A stretch of DNA of 64,000 nucleotides. It comes from Nemertoderma westbladi. Its lineage: Eukaryota; Animalia; Xenacoelomorpha. This document shows, piece by piece, positions 49,901-60,925 of this stretch (position 1 is the stretch's first letter; every line of letters begins with the position of its first letter). The stretch covers positions 62,001-126,000 of the forward strand of contig JAUCBJ010006956.1 of assembly GCA_032718475.1 (NCBI GenBank), written 5' to 3'. Below the pieces are notes generated by a model that made no database searches, had not been told where the DNA came from, and saw nothing but the letters and a program-made list of their open reading frames with translations. The position numbers and the translations under genes were made by a program.

Positions 49901-51921
49901 ACTTCTTGCAACTCTAGTCTACTTTCCCTTACTGTGCCCTTGAATTGCTGGACAGTCTCCTGCAACTGCCCGAGCAGGAGATCCATCCCCCGCCGTCTCT
50001 CGTCCACCCATTCGACCGCCGAAGCGGGAGTCGCCAACGTTGTAGCGGGCGGACGAGGGACAACGGGCGACAAATCCGGAATATTTCGCTCGGGGTCCAG
50101 GACCTGAACTGTCGCCTGGGCAGTTCTACTGGGCACAGGTAGCTTAGTGCTATGTAGAGGGAATTTAGAAGTAGCTTCAGGGAGCACAGGTGTGTCTATC
50201 ACCGAAGGGGTGATTTCAAGAACAGGCCTAATTATTTCAGGCTCATCTACTATAGTAGGGAGTCTTTCTATTGTAATTATTTGGTCTGTGGGCTCTGTAC
50301 TACTTAAGTTGGTGTTATTTAGTTGCCTTCTAACAGCTGGAGGCAAATCAGGCAATTTCTGACGGTGGAATGTTCTTTTACGTCTGCTTAGGCGAGGTCG
50401 ATTTCCTCCGCCTTCAGTGTCGGTGGTATCACCTTCCTCAGATGATGTATACCCCTGTCTCTTGGGAGTAGATCGACTCATCATCTGCATATTGCTCGCT
50501 GTTAACTGTTTATTGAAGTTGTCTTGCTTCTCTTGAAGAATTTCCAACTCTAGTTGGGTTGCCTCTTCAGCTGCCCTTCGTTCTTCTTCTACCACTGCCT
50601 CTGCTGTTGCCAGTGCCGCCTTTCTTTCTGCTTCGGCCGCTGCCTTTGCTGCTGCTACTGCCGCTTTTGCCTCTGCCGCTGCCACTGCCGCTGCCGCTTT
50701 TGTTTCTGCTTCTGCAGCTGCCACTGCTGCTGCTACTGCCGCTGCCTTTCTGTCTTCTATACGTTTTTTCTTCACTTGTTCTTCCTGGTCCTTAACGACG
50801 CGGAGTTGTTCATCGAATTTAGCTTGATTAGCCGCTAACCTATCCACGTCGATGGCGTCAAGCACACGCTGTGCTCCTTCACTATTAGGGCTAAGTCCCT
50901 CTAGTCTTCTCCTCAACTCTTCATCTCCTAAAAAACGTTGATAGTCTGACAGATAGATGTCAATGGCATCTCTCTTATGTGGTTTCTCTGCCGTCGCTTC
51001 ACTTTCCACTTGGGAAAAAGTGGCGTCCGTCGATTCTCCATGGGTTGAGCGCTCCTCCAACTGAGCTTTCCACTGAGCTGCTCCTTGAACCTGGCGACTC
51101 ACCCGTTGAAACCAAGTTTTTACGGCAACTTGCAACGACGTGTCTTGTTTTCTTTTAGAAGCCTCCTCAAAGGCGGATAAGATTAGCCTAATCCGCAAAA
51201 CTCTTTCTCTAACTTGATAAAGCAGCGATCCCTGCTCTTGAGGTCCTTGAGGTTGTTGAAACAGTTGTCTCTCTACTCGCTCCATAGAGCTGAAGAATCC
51301 CTGGGCGTATCCGGCTGCGGACCTCTTCCATACAGCTGGATCGATGGTCTCCTTGGCTACTCCCATCCGGTGTATGTCTTCCCAGGCAGCTTCTGATAAA
51401 TCAAACGGGAGTCCGGGTCCGGGGAAGTTCCATTGCGACTCAACAATAGACTTCAGTTCTTCACTCGTGTATCCCGCGTAACTATCTCTAGTTGACCGTT
51501 GACTTCTCGCCCAATCGATCTGGTGTTCTTCCACCGCGATCAATAACCCAGCGAGCACGGCTGCAGGAAGGATGAGAAGGGGATCCGTATAAACCGCATC
51601 CGTCATCTCTGCTCCGCGCTCGGGTGTCAGCTCTACAGTATCCTCACTACTGGAGCTGCTGGGCCGCTGAGGAATAAGTTCTTGACTAGCGGGTTGTTGC
51701 TGTTCCGCTGCCTTTTGGTCCCGCTTGACCTGAGCTCGAGTGCCTATGATAGACCTACGATGTTGGACCAGCCTAGGTTCTGTTATTACTACTGGAGGGA
51801 TGACTTTCCTCACAGTGGGAGGTGAACTGGATTTACGACCAGACGGTTGTACGTCTCTATCTGAGTCGCAGATAGTTACATCTAATAAACTGTCTGACAG
51901 GTTCTGCTTAGTATCAGACAT
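46981..51921 (-). CDS. BEL/Pao Gag-protease polyprotein with internal deletion (1646 aa)
   Basis: DUF1759-like KFNGDEMKWLPF...EKLRYLIECLEG; three zinc knuckles (CVLCDGPHRLNAC, CYNCLRRGHQRRTC, CAQCGVKHHILLH); protease ALLDSGS; AVRTRVGWYLTGP; then a jump to the RNase H C-terminus QWRYCSKKFNPTDIASRG. No YxDD RT motif or integrase seen. Confidence 0.92.
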   Translation of the reverse strand: MSDTKQNLSDSLLDVTICDSDRDVQPSGRKSSSPPTVRKVIPPVVITEPRLVQHRRSIIGTRAQVKRDQKAAEQQQPASQELIPQRPSSSSSEDTVELTPERGAEMTDAVYTDPLLILPAAVLAGLLIAVEEHQIDWARSQRSTRDSYAGYTSEELKSIVESQWNFPGPGLPFDLSEAAWEDIHRMGVAKETIDPAVWKRSAAGYAQGFFSSMERVERQLFQQPQGPQEQGSLLYQVRERVLRIRLILSAFEEASKRKQDTSLQVAVKTWFQRVSRQVQGAAQWKAQLEERSTHGESTDATFSQVESEATAEKPHKRDAIDIYLSDYQRFLGDEELRRRLEGLSPNSEGAQRVLDAIDVDRLAANQAKFDEQLRVVKDQEEQVKKKRIEDRKAAAVAAAVAAAEAETKAAAAVAAAEAKAAVAAAKAAAEAERKAALATAEAVVEEERRAAEEATQLELEILQEKQDNFNKQLTASNMQMMSRSTPKRQGYTSSEEGDTTDTEGGGNRPRLSRRKRTFHRQKLPDLPPAVRRQLNNTNLSSTEPTDQIITIERLPTIVDEPEIIRPVLEITPSVIDTPVLPEATSKFPLHSTKLPVPSRTAQATVQVLDPERNIPDLSPVVPRPPATTLATPASAVEWVDERRRGMDLLLGQLQETVQQFKGTVRESRLELQEVQQSIALERDKLVNTKKGIPPPSVTMCQPVRSEVSHAQGVEPTRINTASEVETPIVNPIKGNYRPVDNDIPYRTDHNPRNLYTDNSILNSTMAQESFTRQMARTEARQAVKVGEIVKFNGDEMKWLPFNEYYKDNIQNSVLSNGEKLRYLIECLEGSPKLMALKFIGHPDGLRQVWDTLNIRYGNRNNIAGYLYAKLVAPRKFISSGIIEFSDEIQEICRQLDWLGKSHEYQNTMVIRAVASTLPKGGVGTRWDKKVLYMMEQQRRDPTMADLMSFLDSEVKLQLIKQSREKTAESKVSEKPVSRRRVIPVCYTDDGESQTSQGEDSGKDTDRSYVNKMPKDQVSKSKSRPNDRREPVQKTPPTSPKRIQVRKPEERTSVHHTAHVKVSNIKPKCVLCDGPHRLNACDKFLRKSLKDRREVMWDKRLCYNCLRRGHQRRTCNSDARCAQCGVKHHILLHTEFERNSPSQVSESELHVQFSDVNDTDQSEMEGFYTDEFSDQNESCYLINTTAVYRALVYEKDTDSDLTLTTSDQQPSWKAPTSNIGIREFPVVQLRVHGPQKSYIVNALLDSGSTGTFIDKELAEVIFAGQPKFRTKLNMSGIMQVWKSTVTADYYVGALSTPQDELGEHSIRSVKMVAIKNFATTQADLYNWDEDESIQHLNIPRFQTDYPGVQILIGQNVHEALETLEKRPAQPQPLQTYAVRTRVGWYLTGPSRRTLRERLLQDRVCQVSEWEDDTSEGDDPTEGTPHSSDNDNLSSNVDQWRYCSKKFNPTDIASRGATPQELTDTIDRLGEPDFLSKENEWPPHLTPTEIRPAKGAEKVEPETRTGGSELFEPGIDLSVLHVTRDDAVDLDLPTASGSFMKIRESDWSSGTSDVSQGLSPLLQRATDHYSSWNRLCDAVIYFERCFYRHYSRTKRKPGIVFRMQRLNHPVGRLCLSEGNGGLSGNCGRQNSLPTTTSLILQTSRDSIT

Positions 51922-53269
51922 GACTATGTATACCGTTGAATGTCTACTGCTGTATTACAGTCTGAGTAAGTCTAGTAACTCAGTATTAACTGCTAGCCTA
52001 ATAATTAATTACCGGTACTGCTACTCAGTGTAGCGTGATATATATATAATATATTAGAATACCGGTATGCTTATAGTATATATAACTATATAAGTATTAT
52101 TACAGACTAGGTTTATCACAGAATACCGGTATAATTTTAGCACAAATATATATAAATATATAATAGGCCTATCGGGAATACCGGTATACAGCTTACAATT
52201 TGTAGTATATATAATTCTGGACTAGAATTAATTACAGAATACCGGTATGATTTCAACCTAAAATTCATAAAAATAAATATAATAAGCCAATTATAAATAC
52301 CGGTATATCAATTATTTTAAATAACTGAATTTCTGAATTTTAAGGGTTACTTGGTTACTTTAACTTACTTTATTGCCGTTATTTAAGCAGTAGTCCAACT
52401 GATATTGAGACCTAATTGTTGTATGGCAGGCCTACTATTTATAAATCGTTTGAGTTGATTTATAATATATATATACCCGTTTTAATGGGTTTTGTCAATG
52501 TTGAAATAAATGTTATTATTTCTGGGAAGTAATCACTACACAAAGCGGTGCGCTTTCAGTGAAGTGTTACTTATAGGACACTAAAACAAATAATTCTAAT
52601 TTACCTAAGTTACTTAATACTACAAATTACGTACAATTCGGGTGAGATTACAATCTCTAAATAAACACAAAAATTTACAAAAAACACAAAATACGAATTT
52701 TTAGGGTAATTTTACAAGAAGTCTACAAACCAGCCTAACAAAGGGTTAGATAACCGGTTATTACAACGGACAGGGTACTACGGTATTTGAAATAATAAGT
52801 AGTAGTAAATACACTGCGTTGTCTAGATAGGAAAATACCACCGCCTGACGACCTATAGCCGTATCGCTATAGGTTCTACGTTATGTATCACGGAGTGTTC
52901 CTACCTAGAAGTTAATAGAGCTAATCGAATGTGCCTATCAACCACTTTACAACACAGATATAATGTCTACACTAATTACTTCGGAAAGTACTGTACACTA
53001 AACCCTAAATTAGGTACGAGTACTTATATAACAGATAATCAGTAGTTAAATATACTTGAACAGCTAAAAGAACCACGGCATCTGCTGGAGTGACCGATGC
53101 ACAAAATCACCAGTCTTTACCTACGCCGAGCAGCCCGTGTAGTACCGGAGTTAATTTAACTATAGCGGTATGTATAACAAACACAATTACTGTAGGAACA
53201 AACTTAGGGAATGAATGTTGCGGATAATCGCATAAACTCTGAATAATAAATATTACGCTACGCGTACAA

Positions 53270-53815
53270 ACTACTCAAACAAAATACAGACCGAACACTG
53301 ACAGACTACTATCAAGCCTAAACAAACTACGGTATATGCAGACTCCGAAATGATTAGGGAGTATGCGCTCTAACCCAGTAGTGCGACTTATTCTTTAGTT
53401 GGGGGTTTACCTTACAGCGTTCGCTGCCCCTACTGCCTAACCGTACTTAATCGGACAGATGATCTACACACGCGGCAATCCGTTCAGACCTAATAACAGC
53501 CAGACAACTATCCAGCCTACAAATTATCTAAATAAAATTATACGCTACCCGTACAGACTTACACAAACAAAGTACAGACCAAACGATGGCAGACTACTCT
53601 CAAGCCTAAATAAACTACAGGACATGCAGACTCCGAAATGATTAGGGAGTATGCGCTCTAACCCAGTAGTGCGACTTATTCTTTAGTTGGGGGTTTACCT
53701 TACAGCGTTCGCTGCCCCTACTTCCTAACCGTACTTAATCGGACAGGTGATCTACACACACTGCAATCCGTTCAGACTTAACAGCAATCAGACAACAGCT
53801 CAGCCTACAAATCGT
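53270..53815. repeat. About 288-bp direct duplication in the BEL 5' leader
   Basis: gactccgaaatgattagggagtatgcgctctaacccagtagtgcgac... at 53341 and 53629. Confidence 0.85.
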
Positions 53816-54095
53816 CTGCACAATCTGATCAGGTTTACACGCCTTCTGTTCAATACTGGCCTACAAACAAATAAAACTGACAGAAATAGGCCTAAGTAAA
53901 ATCCCAATAAAAACCAGGCGTCCCCGATTAATTATTAAGACCTACCGGCATATATAATCAAATCGAATAATACTGCTGTACCTGTACTGTTGTAGGTACC
54001 GGTCCGGATGATCAGGCAGTCAGGCCTACTGGTTACCGGTCGACCGGTACTTTCGACTTTATTGCTTACTGCAATAAAGAAGCTATATCCGTTAT

Positions 54096-55128
54096 TGTTC
54101 GCGCTTTCAGACCTTTGGCAGTTTAACCCGCCAAATTAGGATGTCTGTTAGATAATAAATCACTTTAGCCGATGACAAATATTTGATTCACTACACTAGT
54201 CGAAACCAATCTGTGCGCGATCATTCACCCGCTGGATAATTCCCGGGAGATTGGGTTCGACGGCTTAATTTTATTGCTATGTAAGCTTAATGTATTATTC
54301 GACTGACAGTATTATATAATCTCTGACAATATTATTCACTTTCGGGGAATATTAACAGTTCCTTTAGGACGTGGCGCTCTATCTATATAAACAGAGTTAT
54401 GACTTAAACTAATCACAACGATATGGCTTAGTTATAATTCACATATATGGCGCATTCTTTAGGAAATGCTTCGTTATCAGTATCACCCGCACACAATGCT
54501 GCACAATACTGCACACTGATCTGCCGATCTTCACTGATTTTAGTTACATATAAAAGGAACACGGACTGACTCATGTAGGGGCTATCAAATAACATTAGAT
54601 TCACTTCAAACCACTTTAACATAAGTCACAATCGTTATGTATAACCTTTCTCTCTTACCTTCAGTATATCAAGAATATTGGGTTTTCGGGGTTATTTATC
54701 GTTATTCCAAATATAATAATTCATCAACCAAATTATGAAGTACAGACAGCAAATAGCAGTATAACAATATAAAGTATGCACAGTGTTACACAGTATGCAG
54801 TGTATGCAGTACTGCAGTATGCATTGATTGCATTGAGTTAGGTTAGTCAAGATAACAGATATATGTCCTTATGATTAAGCCTACTAGTGTACGGCGTAGT
54901 CATAGTAACTACTGTTCAAGAGTAGCTATCACCCCTTTGCGTCACGAATTGCCATAGAATCATAAAATATGCCTTTCACAGTACACATACGGAGGAAATA
55001 GGTCTTAGATCCTCTAAAAACACCGATACAGCAATAATACGGTCTCTTACACTTATTAAATCAACTACAGAGTATTTTAATGTAAAAGATAATAAAAATA
55101 ACGGGGCAATTCAGCAAAGGCTTTTACA
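54096..55128 (-). repeat. 5' LTR
   Basis: Copy of 42886-43918 at offset 11210; the ORF track shows the same 64-aa ORF in both. Confidence 0.95.
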
Positions 55129-55489
55129 TTGAGTTATACTCTATGTCAACGTGGGCCTGCCACACATTTTAAATTATTCAAACCTCCAGCTTCGTTATTA
55201 TGCCAATTCGCCCGAGAAATTATAATAAACATCTGCTCTTGCAATAGATTGCATTCTTTCGCATTGTACTTTATGAAGCAGTCCACGCGCGTATTAGCTC
55301 AACGACAAAGCCAATACCCAAACACCATGTTCTAGCCTCCCTCTATAATAGCCCCCATTCACCGCATTCCCATTCATTCTCTAATTTTATTTTTAAAAGT
55401 TTTATTTATTTTCATAAAAGTTTTATTTATTTAAAATTTTGTAAAATCATTCAGCGAAAATTCATAATATCAATTGACATTGCTATATA

Positions 55490-55714
55490 ATGCCTAGTTA
55501 TGAAAGATGCTTGGTTTGTAATAAAGAAATGAGACAAGACAATCTATCTCGTCATATGGAAAGACATAGAAAGGATAAACTAATGGATCCATTACCAAAG
55601 AAATTTAAAAAATCCGAAGATATTTTTAGTGAAGAAGAAAAGAAAAAGAGAGTTGAACGTGATATATTAAATATAAAACAGACAATGGAAAATAAATTAT
55701 TCATAAAGTTATGA
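55490..55714 (+). CDS. Small C2H2-type zinc-finger ORF, probably mobile-element or virus derived
   Basis: MPSYERCLVCNKEMRQDNLSRHMERH (C-x2-C-x11-H-x3-H); intronless; TATA-like tatataa upstream. Confidence 0.5.
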   Translation: MPSYERCLVCNKEMRQDNLSRHMERHRKDKLMDPLPKKFKKSEDIFSEEEKKKRVERDILNIKQTMENKLFIKL

Positions 55715-56451
55715 ATATTTTGAAAGGGATACAAAAACAGTTACCCCTAGAAAATGATGAGAATTTGAGTGAGAAAGATGAAGAAGAAGAGGACGATGAG
55801 ATGGAGAATGAAAATAGTGAGGGTCAAGATGAAGTTGAAGAGAGTGAGGTTGAGAACGAAGTGAGTGAAGGTCATGAAGATGACGAAGAAAGTGAAGGTC
55901 AGGAAGAGGGTGAAGAAAGCGAAGGTCAGGAAGAGAATGAAGAACAGGAAGAGGATGAAGAAAGTGAAGAACAGGAAGAGGATGACGAAAGTGAAGGTCA
56001 GAAAGAGGATGAAGAAAGTGAAGGTCAGGAAGAGGACGAAGAAAGTGAAGGTCACGAAAGTGAAGAAGATGATGAAAATGATAATAATAAGGAAATATTG
56101 AAACAATTACTTGGAAATAAGAATAAATTGCGGAAAATTATTAAACATTTAGAAGAGAATGATGAAAATAAAGAAGAGATATTGAGACAAATATTAGGAA
56201 ACAAAAATCAAATGCGGAAATTTATTAAACAAATGGAAGAAAATGAGGAAAATAGAGAAGAGATATTAAGACAGGTTCTGGGAAATAAAAGTAAATTATT
56301 GAAAATTAATGAACAATTGAATAAAATTAAGAAACCGTTGGTTAATGAGGAAGATGAAAGTAAAGAAAATCAACCAGCTTTTACTTATTTTCGAAGACCT
56401 ATGACATCAAACTCTCGTACAGTATTTGCCCGCGCAGGCGGACGCTATTGA
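55711..56451 (+). CDS. Acidic Glu-rich repeat protein ORF (246 aa), unknown function
   Basis: Repeats of ESEGQEEDE, then three EIL(K/R)Q(L/I/V)LGNK..LRK.IK repeats; overlaps the previous ORF by ATGA. Confidence 0.45.
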   Translation: MNILKGIQKQLPLENDENLSEKDEEEEDDEMENENSEGQDEVEESEVENEVSEGHEDDEESEGQEEGEESEGQEENEEQEEDEESEEQEEDDESEGQKEDEESEGQEEDEESEGHESEEDDENDNNKEILKQLLGNKNKLRKIIKHLEENDENKEEILRQILGNKNQMRKFIKQMEENEENREEILRQVLGNKSKLLKINEQLNKIKKPLVNEEDESKENQPAFTYFRRPMTSNSRTVFARAGGRY

Positions 56452-56860
56452 CATTTGTTTGTTTGAGTTCCTTTCATAATAGTATTAGGACTATTTATCC
56501 ATAACAATTATATTAGTATTAGGACTATTTATCCATAACAATTATATTGGTATTAGGAGTATTTATCCTTAATTATTATTAGTATTATAAATGTATTTGC
56601 CAACAATATTTATTGCTATTAGGTCTATTTATTCAAGAAATTATATGTTTTTTATAATATATTTTGGAAAATTAGTCGACTAAGTCATAATTTTTAAAAC
56701 TTTAAATAAGGGTGGAGTTATTTTATAAAGTTAAGAAGAGTGAATCAATGGAGGCAACATGAAGTCTAATCTCTTGCCCTTTACTCATAAGACCGCACAT
56801 TAACTCCCAAGGTTGCATACTATCACTATAGCTGGGAGAGTCAAAGCTAGTGTACAGGAA

Positions 56861-57644
56861 TGAGGAAGTGAGGGAAGTGAGGGAAGTGAGGGAAGTGAGG
56901 CAGTGAGGCAGTGAGGGAAGTGAGGGAAGTGAGGGAAGTGAGGGAAGTGAGGGAAGTGAGGGAAGTGAGGGAAGTGAGGGAAGTGAGGCAGTGAGGCAGT
57001 GAGGCAGTGAGGGAAGTGAGGGAAGTGAGGGAAGTGAGGGAAGTGAGGGAAGTGAGGGAAGTGAGGGAAGTGAGGCAGTGAGGCAGTGAGGGAAGTGAGG
57101 GAAGTGAGGGAAGTGAGGGAAGTGAGGGAGTGAGGCAGTGAGGCAGTGAGGGAAGTGAGGGAGTGAGGCAGTGAGGGAAGTGAGGGAAGTGAGGGAAGTG
57201 AGGGAAGTGAGGCAGTGGGGGAAGTGAGGGAAGTGGGGGAAGTGAGGGAAGTGAGGGAAGTGGGGGAAGTGAGGGAAATGGGGGAAGTGAGGGAAGTGAG
57301 GGAAGTGAGGGAAGTGAGGGGAGTGAGGCAGTGAGGGAAGTGAGGGAGTGAGGCAGTGAGGGAAGTGAGGGAAGTGAGGGAAGTGAGGCAGTGAGGAAGT
57401 GAGGCAGTGAGGCAGTGAGGGAAGTGAGGGAGTGAGGCAGTGAGGGAAGTGAGGGAAGTGAGGCAGTGAGGCAGGGGAAGTGAGGCAGTGGGGGAAGTGA
57501 GGGAAGTGGGGGAAGTGAGGGAAGTGAGGGAAGTGAGGGAGTGAGGGAAGTGAGGGAAGTGAGGGAAGTGAGGGAAGTGAGGGAAGTGAGGGAAGTGAGG
57601 GAGTGAGGCAGTGAGGCAGTGAGGGAAGTGAGGGAGTGAGGCAG
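56861..57644. repeat. (GTGAGGGAA/GTGAGGCA)n purine-rich satellite
   Basis: 8-9-bp units read directly from the sequence. Confidence 0.95.
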
Positions 57645-57852
57645 TGATTGATTGATTGATTGATTGGTTTATTGTCCATAACAATATAAATAAACTTAAA
57701 CCGAAATACAAATTGAGAAACACCATACACCAAAAGCCATGTATAGACCGGTTAAACATTAACACATTTGACAAGTTGTTCTGTAACAGAACATTACGTA
57801 CTTAAAAAGAAAATCACATCATCATAAATTCAATACCGGATATCTTATCGAG

Positions 57853-60800
57853 TTATAAATTTGCTTCTTTTGCTATTTTAAAAATAAATTTGGCAACAGC
57901 TACTTGGTCTGGTAGTGAGAATAGTTCAGTTAATGAACGCACAGGCGAGGGTAGTATATCCTCCCTAAACAAACGCGTTAGTCGACAGCTGATGAGAATG
58001 TGTTCCTCTGATTGTAGTTCACCACAGGCGCACTTGCGATCCTCCAGTTTCACCTTTCTCCACCGCATAAACTCCACCGGTAGAGAGTGACTACCGATAC
58101 GAAACCTGGACCACTCAATTCTCCAACGTTCAGGAATTATCGCTTTCTTATATACGTCGCGAGGGGGTTTTAATGTAGGGTTCATTAGTTTGTAAAGGTG
58201 TCGTTTTGTTGTTGTAGATTTCGATATTCTGCTGGTTATTGCCTCAATATGGTTTCCTAAAAAACACGCATTTAGTTGTTTCAGCTTTTCTATTTCTTTA
58301 AACATTGGCGATGAAATACTTTGAGCAATTTTTAAAGCAGCATGCAAAGGTGACTCTGGAATTACATTAATCTTCTGAAAAAACTTCCTCTGAGTATTTT
58401 TAACAAAAGCTGGTAACTCTGGAAGATCCAACTCAGTTAGGCATAAATCTAGACAAGCTGACGGACGTACATCTAACATACGCCTCACCATAGAGTTGTA
58501 TAGACTCGTAATCATATTAATGTCGCCCGTTATCCATGTCTCACATGCATACGTGATTGATGATACAATTGCTGCGTCGAATACCATTTTCTTAATATTA
58601 ACAGGTACATCTGGATTCTTTTGCAGATACGAATAGAACTTTAAGGAGTGACTTTGTTTATTTTTTGCGTGTGAGATTATTGCACTGTTGACGTCACCAT
58701 CGGCAGGTATTGGCGATCCTAGATAAACATAATTATCCGTGTGCTTTACTACCGTATCATCTATTATGAGGTCAACTCTATCTTGAGCGATGCCGTTTAT
58801 TACCATGAACTTAGTTTTAGTTTTATTTAAAACCATGCCCGAAATTTTACAGAAAGATAGCAACACGTGTAACTTCATCAGGGCCTGCTCGCGATCAGTA
58901 GCTAGGATTGCTGTATCGTCCATAAGTAGAATGCTGTGAAGATCTCTTAACCAACTGTCTAAAGGGAGAGCTTTCAATAATTTCACCAGTTCATTCATTA
59001 ATAGTTTGAACAAATACCCACTTGAGAGAAGCCCCTGCCGAAGACCTTTATTTGAATCAACTATAGTTGTACCAACAATGGATTTAGTTGAAGAATACAT
59101 TGCTTGTAAAGCTTTTAACATAACCTTGCCACATCCTAAATTACATAATAAATGAAAGATATAATTTCGTTTCACATTATCAAAGGCAGTCTTGAAATCC
59201 ACAAATATAATAAATAGCTTTACTTTGGATATAAACGCATACTCTGAAATTAGCCGAAGTGCTAAAATTTGTTCAGTACAGCTACGTCCTTTTGTAGCGC
59301 CAGCCTGTTCTGGTAATGGCTGCATCCAGCATTCCAATCTATCTGTTATAGACATATCATAAAGCTTACATAGCGAATCAGATAAACTTATACCCCTGTA
59401 ATTCGCGCACAGCATACGGTCGCCACGTTTAAATGCTGACACTAATTTCACAAAAGACCAAATTATAGGATAGGCACCAGATTTAAAAATAGCAGTCATC
59501 ATTAGAGTTAAAGTAACCAACCATTCCAAAGGTAAAGCCTTAATAAATTCGGCTGCAATACCATCCGGACCACATGCTTTATTAGAATTCAGTTTCTTTG
59601 TATTTTTAACAATTTCATCAATCGATAGATCACTATCCAATAAAGGAATTTCGACGGTGCTTATACACTCATCATCATCGACCGTTTTTTCATTCAGTAA
59701 ATCGGTGTAGTGACGATTAAAATCGTCATCGCTAGGTCGTGTGACGTTATTATTAGAAGTACATCCACCTTCAAAAGTGCCATTCCAATTTATTGCGCGC
59801 CATAACTGTCTTGAGTCGTTTTGGTCTAACAATTTCTGCCACCTATTGTTATCAGATATACCTGCTAAAGTGTTCTGTCTATTCGCCGACTTGCAGCATC
59901 TAGCGGCATTGTATAAGGTACTTGTGACATTATCACACATAAGATTAATATCACCATCAGAATCCAATTGGTTGATAATTGGGGGTGTTACTGAGGCAAT
60001 TGAGTTTTCAAATACAGATAACGTTGATCTATTAGGTTTAATCCCTTTTTTACAATTAACACCGCTTATAATCGATTTAGATTGTGCTGTATGATTCTGA
60101 AAGCAGTAATTATTATTCAAGGACTCAGCCCCACGTAGTAGTTGACTACCCGATATACCGGAACATTTAATTGTAACGCTAACAGGGCTATGGTTAGATG
60201 GCAAATCTTGATCAATCCAAGTGCTAAAGTTATAAAAATTACTTAATTCATCAGACACACTTGTAACCGGAGCAGCTACGAAGTCTAACAATGAACACCA
60301 TTTATCCTTGATTTTAAAAGTTAGGTGGTTATCTAAAGTACCGCTAGGGGTAATTAACCCATTTAATAACACAACATTATTATCAATGCAAAGTTGTCTA
60401 AACATCTTCCCATTATTATTCTGTGTGGAGTCGTCGGACGGAGAATGCTTGAAATAATGACTAGTATCGAGCGACGAACCAACTCTACTATTAAAATCCC
60501 CGCCAAAAACAGTTACTGAATTAGATTTCAATTTACTTTGAATAGCGCTAAAGCTGCAAGGATCGTAATAGTTTGAAGAACTCGGAGGTATGTAACAGCC
60601 ACCTATATAACCCTCACCAAGAAGCGAACATTTTAACCACAGCTGATCTTCGGTTGAGTCATCAACCGAAGAGATATAATCAACTAGGTAGGGTTTAACA
60701 AATACTGCAATACCGCCTCGATGTGCACGGCCAGGAATCCGTAGACTACGTTTAATAAGAATTAAACCTGGAATAGAAAAATTTAAACTAGTTTTTAGTT

Positions 60801-60925
60801 CACTTAAAAACACAATATCGAAGTTTAAGATAAATGTAAGAGTTTTTTCATTATTCAATTTGTTCTTTATACCATCAACATTCCACCAAAGTATCCTAAT
60901 AAGATGATCTATACATGGCTGTCCT
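57853..60925 (-). CDS. LINE ORF2: AP endonuclease, reverse transcriptase and C-terminal zinc knuckle
   Basis: WWNVDG, FLSELK, GCYIPP, GGDFNSR, SNH; GPDGI, NYRGISL, FVDFKTAFD, GLRQG, LMDD, YVYLG; CACGELQSEEHILISC. The frame stays open upstream of the track's TTG start, back into the end of ORF1. Confidence 0.92.

Larger units (their letters stand above)
42886..55128 (-). mobile_element. BEL/Pao LTR retrotransposon, 12243 bp, non-autonomous (RT/IN missing), recent insertion
   Basis: Two 1033-bp TG...CA LTRs; TSD TTGAG at 42881-42885 and 55129-55133; purine-rich GGGAGCGG before the 3' LTR; BEL-type gag-protease ORF. Confidence 0.95.

Noticed and set aside
42469-56813. Possible TIR pair accttgggtgttaa / ttaactcccaaggt around the zinc-finger ORF region
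   Set aside because: Only 13 of 14 matches over a 14-kb span and no TSD; could be chance.
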